From positions 3,683,668 through 3,747,667 of the forward strand of contig MU057887.1 in assembly GCA_013265495.1 (NCBI GenBank): a DNA stretch of 64,000 bases. The letters run 5' to 3'. Position 1 is the first letter of the stretch. The number at the start of each line of letters is the position of its first letter. The notes below the pieces were generated by a model. That model was not told the origin of the DNA. It saw only the letters and a list, made by a program, of their open reading frames with translations, and ran no database searches. The position numbers and the translations under genes were made by a program. Below are positions 25,828 through 37,433 of this stretch, piece after piece. Source of the stretch: Vicugna vicugna (taxonomy: Eukaryota).

Positions 25828-26880
25828 TGTTGGGAGACACACTTCCCTGGGTCTCTGGTGCCCTCCGACGTTCTTTCCAGGTGCACTCAGTCCATGCGAG
25901 GCCCTGACCACCTGCACCTTGGCCACTCCTCAGGGTGAGGTAATGTCTCCTTCCAGGACAAAGAGCAGGCCTCTTACTGCTTCCTGAAAAAGCAGTGGAC
26001 CCCCAAACTCAGTGTCCTTCAGCGGTGACTTGGGCCCACTGTATGAGCCCCACCCATCTGGCCACAGTGCATCACCCCGCGGCACGGCCACAGATTGGCT
26101 GATGCTCACAGCTGCCACGAGTGATGGAGTCCTTCATCTCCACCCTGGAGTCACAGGTCTTCTGCCAGCATCCACGTGACAGCCATAAGCTGGGCCCACA
26201 GCTTGTAAGGAGGGGAAGGCAGCCGTCCCTGCAGTTGGCAGGGAGGATGCCTCTGGGACGCACAGCAGAGTCCAGGGCCCTGGGGGATGTGGCTGAGGTC
26301 CGTGTCGCAGGTTGGTGCTGATGATGGTCATCTTAAATGCACATGAGACAAAATGAATGGATTCGGTGCCAACCTCTGCTGGTCAGGTCAATCAGGGTGG
26401 CAGGTGAAAACTCACCAGGGGCTAAGAGGATGTGGGACGAAGGGTGGATTATCGGAAGAGACGGTCCTCCTTGGGTCTCCCAAATGGCCTACATAGTTTG
26501 TTGGGTGGGCCAAGAACCAGGTCCTGATCACCATTCTCAGCATCACGCTTGCAGTGAGCAGTCCTGGGGGATGAGGTAATGTTTCCCTCCAGGACAAGAG
26601 CAGGCTTGCTTACTGCTTGTTAGAAGAGTGGCAGATGCCCCAGATTCAGGGTTCCTCACCATGATGCAGACTCACCGTGTGTGGCATGCACCTGGGCCCT
26701 ATCGTGTCCTTCCCACACGGCTGACACAATGTATGGATGTGCACGCTGCCTGCTGTGACACAAGTGACAGAGTCCTTCATCTCCCACCCAGGAGTCACGA
26801 GTCTTCTGCCAGCATCCACACATCAGCCATGGCTAAGCCAACCACTTGTAGGGAAGGGAAAGCACATCCCAGACTGGGCA
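25828..26880 (+). mobile_element. Two diverged direct-repeat LTR40-like (ERVL) LTR copies, about 25828-26240 and 26450-26880
   Basis: The shared core 'tgaggtaatgt.tcc.tccaggaca(a)agagcaggc....ttactgctt' occurs at about 25936 and 26572, and 'gagtccttcatctcc...ggagtcac..gtcttctgccagcatccac' occurs in both. The first copy starts TGTTGGGAGAC. The family name is from recall. Confidence 0.6.
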
Positions 26881-27444
26881 ACTTCTCTTTTTGGCTCAAA
26901 GTTATCCAGAGGAATGAAGCAGAACCATGAGATCCTGGACTCGGAGCCTGGTTCTCTGACTGGGGAGACTTTTGGAGTTGGGGGAAGTAAATGTATTTTG
27001 TTTGCAGAAGGTAAGTGAATACTGGTGACCAGGAGACTGGACTGTTGTATATTTGATCACTGCTCAGAACATATTCCATCCACCTCCCCCACCCCCGCTG
27101 AGAAGCACCCTTCCTCGCCCACTGACGAGTTCGGCCAGATGTGATGTGCACAGAAGCTCTTGTATCCCTGCGAGGTTTGACTTGCCCTCTCATGTTTATA
27201 TCATCTGCTGCTTGAAGACAACGCCCTGGGGAGCCACTGGTCCCAAGTGGACGAGACACGTGGAGCAGATCAAACCCAGCCTGCAGCCCGGAGCCTGGCT
27301 CAGCCTTCCCCAGTGGAACCCAACATCGCTACAGCCGACCTGAAGACATGTGAGAAACAAATGCTTGCTGAATAAATACCTTTGAGACTGGGGAGGTGGG
27401 TATCTTTGTTATGTAGCATTTTCGCTACAGAAACAAGACTTAAA

Positions 27445-30400
27445 AAAGATAGCAAAATTGACAACTGGGACAGTATAGAGTCCAAAAACAGAACAATATA
27501 TATACAGTCACCTGTTTTATGAAGATGGTGCAGTTAGGAAAACACGGTGTCTTCAACATATCATGCTGAATTAGTTGAACATCCAAGTAAAAAATAATGA
27601 GTCTTGACTCCTACATTATACCACACACTAAATCAGTTCCAGATAGAATATAGCTCTAAATGTGAAAACTGAAACAATACAACCGTAAGAAGAAAACAGG
27701 AGCAACTATTTTCACTTTGGGATACACAAAGATTTTTGCAAACAGAAAACATTAAGTGCTAATCATAAGAGAAAAACTGATATTGGAATATACTGAAATT
27801 AATAATTTATGTGCACCAAAAGATACTATGAAGAGAGTGAAAAGCAAACCATAGAAGGAAAGAAGACATTTTTAATACATATATTCACCAAAGGATTTGT
27901 ATCCAGAACATATAGAGAGCTCCTACAAGTCGACAGGAGTAGGTAACAGAAAAATTTGCCCCAATACAAAAGAGTAGTTTGCAAGCGTATGTTCAAATGG
28001 ACTGTAAAAATGTGCTGAATTTCTTCAATCATCAGATAAATGCAAATTCAAGCTATCTATCTTGTGAATCCAGTATACATCTACTAGAATGGCTAAAATA
28101 AAAGGACAGACAATCTCTAGTGTTGGCAAGAGTGTGGAGTAACTGGAAGACTGTGGTGGGATGTACAGTGTCCCAGTCACACTGGGAAATTCCTTGAGTG
28201 TCTACCAAAGCTGAATGCATAACCCAGCAATTCCATTCCTACAGAAAAGTGTATACATGTTCACCATAATCAAGAGTGTTCACAGCAGCACTATTTGTAA
28301 TAGTCTGAATCACAATGTAAATGTCTATCAGCAGTACATGTAAATAAATGGTGGTTGAGAACAAATTTTAATACCTGCAAGAAACCAAGTCTAGCCTTAT
28401 ATCTGACTCAACACCCAACCAAGTGAGGTGCATTTCAGGAATGTAAGGTTGGTTTAACATTAAAAAATCGATTGATGTTAAGTGCTAAGGGTAACTTCTT
28501 GGAAAAAGAAAAATCTACTGATGTTATTTACCACCTTAATGTTATAAATAAAAAAAAAACATGATAATCTCATAGATGCCAAAAATGTTGTTGAGAAAAT
28601 TCACTACACATTCACAATAGGAATTCTTGGTAAGGATTAGAAAGAAACCTCTTTAACATGCTAGAGTAGCTACACATTTACATCTAGGTGTCATATCCAT
28701 ACCTTTATTAAGACCTACAGCAAATGTCACTATAAATGAGGAAATGTTAGAAACATTCCCTTTAAAATCAGGAATTCAATAATGTGCAAACATTACACAG
28801 GAGGTTCTAGCTGGTACAGTAAGACAAGACATTAGGGACAACAAGATTGGAGAGGAAGATACAAAGCTACCTGCACATGATATAATTATTTACACAGAGT
28901 AATTTTATTTAGAAACTCAAAAGAAGATATGTACAAATTTTTAGAAAATGGGAGAGTTTAGAAATGTGGCAATTAGAAAACTGATATATAAAAGTCAGTT
29001 TCATTCTGTATGCCAGCAGCAAACCATGAGAACATTTACAGAGAGAGGTGACACTATGTGCAGTAGTATCTGAGTATCAAGTAACAAAAATAAATCTAGC
29101 AAAAGATGTAGATGATTTCTGCTGGGAAAACTATAAAATTTAAATGCAACCTAAGTAAATGAAGAGATATGTCATGTTCATGGATAGAAGGATATGATTT
29201 CATTAATTTGTCCATTTCCTCCAAATTGATCTATAGATTCAATGCAAATCCAACCAAAATTTCAATAGGATTTTTGGTAGAACCTGATAAGACAATTATG
29301 ACATTTAAATAGAAGAGAATGAGGCCAGGAAGGACCAAGAGCCGTGTGAAGATGAGTAGAGAGAGGCATCTTGCCCCACCAGACACGAAGACAGTGGCAC
29401 TGGTGCCGGGGGTGCAGATTCACCAGTAGGATCGACTAGAGACTCCAGAAATAGACCCACACACAGACAGAGGTGGAGTATCAATCCCGGGGGACAGAAA
29501 CACATTTTTCAATAAATAACTGAAAAAATTATCTTCATGGACAAAAGCAAAATTTGACTCTTACCTCACACCGTATACAAAAATCAGCTCCAGATGGATT
29601 AGGACTTCTATGTCAAAAACAAAATTTGAAACTCTTAGTGACAAATGTAGGTAAATAATCTTTTAAACCTCAGGTAAGAAAAATTTTAAGACAAGACAGT
29701 ATTGACTAAAAGAAAAAAAATGATAACTTTGGCCACATTAAAAATCAATAATTGTGTAATTAAAACACAACTAAAACTATCCAAGTAAAATCAGCCACAG
29801 CAGAACAAACATGAAACTGTGTCATGAACCAAGAGTTATGATTAATCAGAATCTTTGCACCTGAGATTCCATGGGATGAGAAACATGAATGAATGAACAA
29901 GGTCCTGGATAGTCAATAAAATAAGGAAAAGGTATGAAAAGCATAGTGATTGCAAGGAAATGGAAAACTCAGTTGATGTAATTGTGTATGTGAAAAAACC
30001 AAAAGAGTCTTCAGATATATTAACAAAAGTGATAGAAATGATAGCCAGACAGCTGGACTTTTAAAAAAATAAGTCCACAAAAATCACTTCCCTTTCTATC
30101 AACCAGCTGCAACTTGTAGAAGACAATTAAAATTTTGATACTATTTACATTAGAATAAAAAATAGGACATATAGAAGACTAAATCCAACAAAAAAGTGCA
30201 AGACCATTACAAAGAAAGTTCTAGTTTGTTGAAAGACATTAAAGGATTTACCTATGGAGAGATATACCATGTTCATAGATTGTAAGACTCAGTAATGTAA
30301 AGAAGTCAGTTCTCCCCACACTGATACGTAAATCAACTTGCAGCAAAAAATTTCATATGGGCCACAATGATGCTTCTAGAAGAAGAGGTCCTCACAACCT

Positions 30401-30730
30401 CAGCCTGAGGACGCAAGCCACAAAAATCACCAACCGTAGAAGAGAAGCTTAGCCTGTTTGCGTCCATTAGAATTAAGGTGGCTTTCCATCAAAAGACACC
30501 ATAAAGGAGTGAAAAGACATCACAAAGTGGGGGACAGTGTTTGCCACACAAATCAACTGAAAAAGGAGAATCCAGAATAGATGATGTCACCCCTACAGCT
30601 CATCATGATTCTAAGGACAAATGGATAAAAGACTTGGGTGGACACTTCCCAGAAGAGGAGACCTGAATGGCCAACACACGTCTGAAAATAGGTAAGACGC
30701 GTTTTATTGGTAAGCAGGAAACCGCGAGCG
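27445..30730 (+). mobile_element. Old LINE-1 ORF2/3' fragments (several nested pieces)
   Basis: A-rich with L1 motifs 'ctagaatggctaaaataaaa', 'tcaatgcaaatccaaccaaaatttcaata' and 'tacctcacaccgtatacaaaaatcagctccagatggatt'. Confidence 0.8.
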
Positions 30731-30854
30731 AGCCCCACTCTCTCTCTCCAGAGACAAAGGCCTCCGTCCACGCCGAGTATCGGCAGCAGCGGGAGCAGCG
30801 GCCCCTGGCGTGACTGGCCAACGCGCGTCCGTCTGGCCACTCCCACAGGACCCA

Positions 30855-31255
30855 GTGCTCCAGGTTTAACAGCCCCCCCGAGGTCACGTCCACTTGGAAT
30901 CTATGAATGTGATCTTATTCAGAAACAGAGTCCCTGTAGATGTAATCAAGGCAGATGAGTCACACTGCAGGGCAGGACCCAGTCCAACAACTGTGTCCTT
31001 TTGAGAGGGAAATCTGGGCACAGCAACACACAGAGCACCGTGTGAAGCAGGGCAGAAACTGGAGTGACCGTCTACGAGCTAAGGTATACCCAGGGTTGCC
31101 AGCGGCCCCAGGAGCTGGGAGAGACACGGAGGATTCTCCCCCGCAGCCCGAGAGCACGGCCTTGCCAGCACCTTGCCTTCGGGCTTCTGGCCTTCAGAAT
31201 AAACTTCTGTGGTTTAAGTCACCAAGTTTGTGGTACTTTGTTTCAGCAGCTGCTA
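30855..31255 (+). mobile_element. MaLR solo LTR (MLT1B/C-like)
   Basis: 'gaatgtgatcttatt...gatgtaatcaag' and 'aataaacttctgtggtttaagtcaccaagtttgtggtactttgtttcagcagc'. Confidence 0.8.
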
Positions 31256-32226
31256 CACCTCCTCAGGTTGAAGGTGGTGCGCGCTGTTGACACTCGTTGC
31301 TAGGAATATGCCTGTGGGAAGCCACATGGTGTACTATCGAAACCCCTGGAGAGGCAAGCTGCCATGCAGTAGGGCTGACGGGCCTTGGTGCCAGGTTGGA
31401 CGTGGGGTGGGGAGGGAGGGCGGGCCTGGAGATGTCCTCTGAGGGCCCTGCCAGCTCTGAAGGCACATGCTCCTGGTGCCTGGCGCTGGCTCTTCTGAGG
31501 GGCAGTCCATGCATGTGCCAATCCAGCAAACATGTACTGAGCACCTGCCCCCAGGAGCTTACAATCCAGGGGGAGACAGACAACCAGCAGACAGACCGGC
31601 AAAGAGGCTGTTAGTTCCAGGGAGAGGGAGGGAGGAAGAGAAAGAGAGAGACAGAGAGACGGACAGACACCAGGTGGGTGGAGGGAGCAGCAGGGGCAGA
31701 TATTCCGGTGTGTCTGGGGAGGCGGGTGCACCTGGAGCAGAGCACGGTGGGTGTGTGGCCCTGGCTGGTGTCACTCTCTGGGCCATTGCTGGGTACCAGG
31801 CCCACTGGAAACTGAGCGGAGGGGCAGACACAGCCAGGCCACCCCTAGATACGTGGGGCAGCCCCACACCTGTCTACCTGGGCTCCGAGCACGAGCCCAG
31901 GACAGGCGCCCAGGCCACACGTGGTCAGCTCCAGCAGAAGCTTCAGAAAACTGAAGACGAGGGCCCAGTGATCACTGGCAGCCACCCATCTGTGGCACTT
32001 GGTGCTATTCAGATCTCAAGCTCAACCCCCCACCGGCACCACACCCCACAAGGGAGGGAGATGAGGACTGCCTCCCACCCGGTCCTGTGGAGGGGACTGC
32101 TGCTCTCGGCCCCCCTGCTATCCCCACAACCTGGCCAGGCGCCCCAAACCCTCCCTCTAGAGGACACGGAGCAGGCAGCCCCAAGCAGCCCCGGGGCTCC
32201 AACAGGCACCAGCCCCGCTCTGTTAC

Positions 32227-32722
32227 CTGATGGCCTGGGTGGCAGACACTGGGCACCCTCCACTGTCTTCATGCTCGGCAGCACGGACCGCAGTGGGTGC
32301 ACCTTTAATAAGTTTGGATCCCAGCGTTTGTCGGATTCGACTTTGGTGAGCCCAGTGTTCGGGGCGGTGTGGCCTAGATGCTGGAGGTGACAGGTGGGGA
32401 GCTCCATCCTGCTGCCAGGCTCGGAGAGGTCGCAGTTCACTTTAGCACTTCTCCCTGCTGGCCTGTTTAAGGGCAGAGGCAAGGTGCAAGCAAGTACCTT
32501 TTCGTCCTTCATTCTCAAGTCAGGCTGGAGAGCCGTGCAAGGGGGTGCTGGAGCCAGGCCTGGCAGAGCCGAGGGGCACCTCTCCTTCAGTGGCTGAATG
32601 TCCAAGAGCGAAGATGCAGAATCAAAGGTGGAGATGGGCGGCATCTGCCTCTTGGCTTTCCTAGCGCCCACGCCTTCCACGAAGAGGTCAGAGCCCTGGA
32701 ACGGGGGCAGCTCCACAGCAGG
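32227..32722 (-). CDS. TTLL8: TTLL8 exon (496 nt, phase 0 to 1): PAVELPPFQGSDL...EGAQCLPPRPS
   Basis: Acceptor cctccaccAG (32724-32723); donor TCAG|GTAACA (32226-32225). Confidence 0.9.
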
Positions 32723-33142
32723 CTGGTGGAGGTGGGGGTGAGATAAGGCCTCCAAGACCAGCGCCCGCCACACTTCCCAACAGCTGGGCTGTCTGCTGGG
32801 GCCCCGCTCCAGGGAGGCCAGGGTGCGGGGTCTTGCTGCCCGGCCTGCAGGACAGCTCCACAGGGGGTGGGCCCCTGAAAAGACCCCTCCGAGGAAGAGG
32901 GAGGACACTGCAGGTCAGAAAAGGAACAGCCTAGAAGGGCCTGGAGGCCGGGAACATCCTGCCAGCCCAGGCCAGAGGCCTCCCCACCCGCCTGGTGGCC
33001 GCAGAGTTGGGGATGGCTGGGGACCAGAGGCTGGAAGGCTGGACACCAAGGCCAGCTGGGCTGGAGAAGACCTCTGGGGTGTTGGAAGTGAGCCCACCAT
33101 GACGTGGCCGGCGGGAGAGGCACAGGCCCCCGCCACCCTCAC

Positions 33143-33578
33143 CTGTCTCCACAGCAGCTCGAAGTTGCCAATGTCACAGTTTCGGTCGACCCTGCGGTCC
33201 ACCACCACCTTGATGGTGTCCTCCTGCACCTGGGCGCAGAGCTGGGCCGTGACGGGCGTGGACGCGTGCATGGTGGGGCTGGAGTTGATCTCGATCAGCC
33301 AGGGCTTGAAGTCGCGCCCGAGGATGAAGTCGGCGCCGTACAGCTCGAAGCTGTTCTTGCGCGGCTCCACGCGGCCCTGGGCCACCCGCATGGTGTTGGT
33401 GACGGCCCGCTTCATGGACGGGTAGATGACGCTGCTCCACACGGCCCCGCGGCCCCTCTTCTGCAGGTACTCCTGGAACCGGGTGCTGGTCCACGTGTTG
33501 TGACACGGCAGCAGGGGGCTGCGGCCCTCGTCATTTTTGAGGTGCTTCTGGATGGAGCTGTTGCACAGGTGGACGGCG
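33143..33578 (-). CDS. TTLL8: TTLL8 exon (436 nt, phase 2 to 0): AVHLCNSSIQKH...FELYGADF...WLIEINSSP...FELLWRQ
   Basis: Acceptor ttgccgcacAG (33580-33579); donor CAG|GTGAGG (33142-33141); catalytic TTL motifs. Confidence 0.97.
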
Positions 33579-35553
33579 CTGTGCGGCAAGACCAGGGTCA
33601 GGTGCGCCAGCTGTCACTCCTCCCAGCCTGGATGAGCCCGCCCCGAGACCTCTCTGACACTCTGGGCACCTCTGAGGCAACCTCGGGACAGCCCTCCCAT
33701 CCAGCCTGGGAGGCACCATGGGGGGCAGGAGAGGGCAGGGCAGAAGCCTACCAGCCCAGGACCGCGGACGAGGGGCCTCGGCAAGTGACCACCTCCCGAA
33801 CCTGTTTCCGCATGAGCCCCTGAGGGGAGAGCTGAGCCCTCCCAAGGTCAGAAAGAGTCACTGACGGAAAATTTCATTATTTCATTAATGCTCTGGCCTT
33901 GTTCTAAGCAGGATTTAAAGTCAATACCATCTCCTAGGAGACTGTAAAACACCACACATCCTGTGAAAGTCACTTTCCCTTAGACGTGTCACTGGGCCCG
34001 CGGACCTGCCGTCTTGCTCTGGGCCGTGGGACCTGCCCCTGTGGCCACAGGTGAGTCGCACCTCCGTAGGGCAGAGAAAAGGCACAGACGCAGGCGTGTG
34101 GAAGGGCTTCAGAAACTGGTAACTGCTACTGGGGGAGCTGACACTCAGTGCTGATGCTGTAGGCCGGGCCTCGCCCGTTCAGAAACAGTTTCAGAGACTC
34201 TCCTGTCAGCTTGGGGTGAGGGCTATGGTCTCAGATGGAGAAATGGCTCCAAGAGGGTTAGCGACCCACCAGGCACCTCGCTCAGGGCTTGGCAGGGCCA
34301 GGGGGCTGGGAGGGGCTCCGTGGGCTTCTCACTGCCCGGGTGGCGCCCCAGGACCCCTCCTCCTCCAGGCCCTCCTGGCCTGGTGGGGACAAATGTGCTC
34401 CTTGAGCTGCCGGCCAGGACCCCTTGGCCCAGCTCCTGCTCCTGCCAGGCATGATTCCAGGTGTGGTCACAGCCCCTTACCTGAGCACAGCTAACCCCCT
34501 CAAGGTCTCTGTTAAGCAACCTTCAGCCCTCTTGGTTCTGACTGACCCCCCTCGCCCAGGCACCCGGTCCTGCACACCATGTGATCACAGAAGCGCTCCA
34601 TTTGGACAGAGAGGTGGCTGGTGGGCTCCTGTTCCCACCACACACACGCCCTGCCCAATCTGGGAACCTGGTGGGGTGCAGGTTCATCCACAACAGGGCA
34701 CCCATTCTTGTAAGTCTCCCCCTGCCCAGCACTCCCCACCCCACACAGCAGTGTCCCCTGCACCCCGGCCCCCAGGCCCAGGGCCTTGGGATGGGTGCTG
34801 CCCACACTGCCCTGGCCTCTCCTGGCTCCAGTGCCTTCTGCCCTCTGATCCTGGCTGGCGTGGCTGGGGTCGTCCTCAGGACCCCTCAAGCCTGTCCCAC
34901 ATCCCACAGCCTGCCTCGTCGGGGGCTGCACCCCCACCCCCCTAGAAGCTCAAGCAGCCTTCCCCTCCTGCAGCCTTCCCCACCCTGGTGCCTCTGGGCT
35001 CACACAGAGAAGGCCCTGCAGGGGCTACTGAGGGCTTTGAGGGGCTGGCACAGGCCAGGGTCCATGGGGCCTCCCAAAGGTGCCCTAGCCTGTCCGGCTC
35101 CCTCCATGTGCCGAGCGGACAGAGAGAGCAGGCCAGCATGGCGGGCAGAGCAGGCACCCCGAGCTGGGCCACTCAGCCTCCCTGGCACAGGGCTGGTGGC
35201 ACCCACCACAAAAGGGTCTGATCAGTGGTTGAGACCTGTCACACCAGGGCCTGGCCTGGTGCTTCACCAGCACGTGGCATACAGTGCTTTTAGGCTTTTC
35301 TGGAGACAGTACACACCCTGTGGGGGTGCAGAACACTGGCTTTGATGGGGAAGGGGCCCGGGCCTGCCCCTGGCCGAGGAGGTCATGTAACCTGAGCCGC
35401 AGTTTCCTCGTCTGTGCCTCACACGGTGGCGGGTGACAGCGACCCTGACCCGGCGCCCCACCGGCCACACGAGACCCGCCCCGTGCTCCAGGTGCGCCAG
35501 GGAGCCCGCCACATGCCCTGGAGCCCCGTGGTGCCCAGCTGACCCCCACTGAC

Positions 35554-35794
35554 CTGTCCAGATTGTCCAGGGAGAAGCGCCGCGTGGAGAACCGCAGGTA
35601 ACTCTCCTTGTAGAACCAGATGGTCAGGGGGTTCCAGTCGGTGACAAGGAACCACTGCCTAATGTCGAACTTGGTGTCGTAGATGAGCAGCGGCGTCTCG
35701 ATGTACTTCTGCACCACCCACTTGTCCTTGGCAGGGAGGTGGTCTGCGGCCACCAGCTCCAGGATCTCCTCCACGTGGTTCATGCACATTATAT
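35554..35794 (-). CDS. TTLL8: TTLL8 exon (241 nt, phase 1 to 2): IMCMNHVEE...[25 protein letters not shown]...SLDNLD
   Basis: Acceptor ctcttgcAG (35796-35795); donor ACAG|GTCAGT (35553-35552). Confidence 0.97.
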
Positions 35795-37284
35795 CTGCAA
35801 GAGGCCACTGCTCAGCCCCGAGCCCCGAAATGGCTGCTGTCTGGGACTGGGAGGCACGGCGTCGGGGGGGGCAAGAAAGCCACGAGGCCAGCCCCCAGGG
35901 CTTCAGCCAGAATGGGGAGGGCCGGGGATGGGGACAGAGGCATTGCTAAGAGGCAGTCAGCGAGCTGTGGGCGTGGGGGGAGCAGGGGAGCAGGGGACAG
36001 GCAACTAGTGGGCGACCTGCAATGGACAACGAGCGTGGAGACATGCACTGGCCTTGGCGGGAGCCCCCGCGATGCAGGGCAGTCTGGCTGTCCTGACCCA
36101 CACGGGGTTGGGGGCACCACCTGCAGAGGCCAGAGGCAGAGGCAGCACACGGCGCAAGGGAGCTTTCCTCACAAAACGCAAGACCAGTTTCTTCAGCGAC
36201 AGTGAGTTGGGACCTCATCATCCTGAAACCAAAGTCTCAGACAAAGCAACGGACTGCGAAAGTTGTCCTGGGCCAAGAGGAGACAGGGCCACAGGGCAGC
36301 ACAGCCCTGGGACACAGGGCCGGGGGCACTGGCAGGGCACGGCAGTGACCAGCCAGGATGCAGTGCATTGGGTTTTGCACAGGGGGGTTGAGGAGTCTGT
36401 GGAGCGTCCCCAGTGTCCTGTGGGAGGAAGGTCTGGGCGGGGACAGAGCCCAGGAAGGGGCACCAGCCCGGCCCAGAAGGGCGCACGCTGAAAGTGGGCA
36501 TCAGCCAGGAAAGACAATGTTTCAGGACAGGAGATGTTTAGGACCAGAGGCAAGTTCACAAGGATTTTTTTAAAATCACATAAAAGAACCACTTAGGAAT
36601 TTACAAGAACAACAGTAAAACTTGAATAACTCAAGGGGCAAACGGAGCGAAAAGTAAAGTCCACTTGGAGCCTCGGGAAAAAGAGAACACACGCAACAAG
36701 AGGACACAGGCAAGGCCGCACTGGGAGCACGTTTCCACAGCCTGGCAGCTTCCACTGCTGCATGAGGACGTTTGGAAATAAATGAGCTTAGCTCGTAAGT
36801 CAGAGCCGGGGGGAGGTTCCCTCACAGCAAAACTGAAGAACCCAGACTTAGTTGTTCAGAAGCGCTTATGAGATTAGAACATCACCTTGAAGCCCTGTGT
36901 TTTAAAAAACAGTGTTCACTGAGGACGTGGTCACCGCGGACACAGCCCACAGGGTGCTGGGCCACGCCTCCCAGGGGCCCGGGGCTCACGTACACCCAGG
37001 ATGCAGGGTCCCCCGCGGCCGAGACCACAGTCCGCCCTCCACCGTAGCAGCTCGCGGTCGAGGCCACGTCCGGGGAACCCTGCAGGCCAGTCTAACTAGG
37101 CATACAGCTGGAACTCACTCACTGGTCAGCAAGCCCGCGGACGCAAGCCTCAGGGGCCAGTGCTGCTGGTATGCCCGTTCCCCGGGGACCCACGCGTCCC
37201 GAGCCCCAGGAGGCTGGTCCAGCCCCTCTGCTCCTGCGGCTGCTGTCTGCTGGGCGCTGGCACCCGGACGCGCTTGGGCCTTAC

Positions 37285-37433
37285 CTCGGCCCCGGGACTT
37301 GGCTGCTGGCTTTATGATCCAGATGTTCCGAAGCCCGTCAATCTCCGTCTGCGGGTTCACAGCGGTGATTTTATTCAGCAGAGCCTGGCACTGCGAAAAG
37401 TGGTTTCTCGAATTGGAGATGAAAGCGTTGCCA
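37285..37433 (-). CDS. TTLL8: TTLL8 exon (149 nt, phase 2 to 1): GNAFISNSRNH...NIWIIKPAAKSRGR
   Basis: Acceptor ctgctttgcAG (37435-37434); donor CGAG|GTAAGG (37284-37283). Confidence 0.96.

Larger units (their letters stand above)
24320..27445 (+). mobile_element. Two-LTR MaLR (MLT1H/I-like) element inserted into an L1 ORF2 fragment: 5' LTR about 24320-24612, internal region, 3' LTR about 27043-27445
   Basis: Segments 24415-24510 and 27207-27300 are mutually homologous. The MaLR-internal 3' terminus motif ('ctggactcggagcctg...tgtattttg...ggtgaccaggagactggac|tg') abuts the 3' LTR. L1 ORF2 sequence stops near 24310 and resumes near 27445. Confidence 0.7.
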
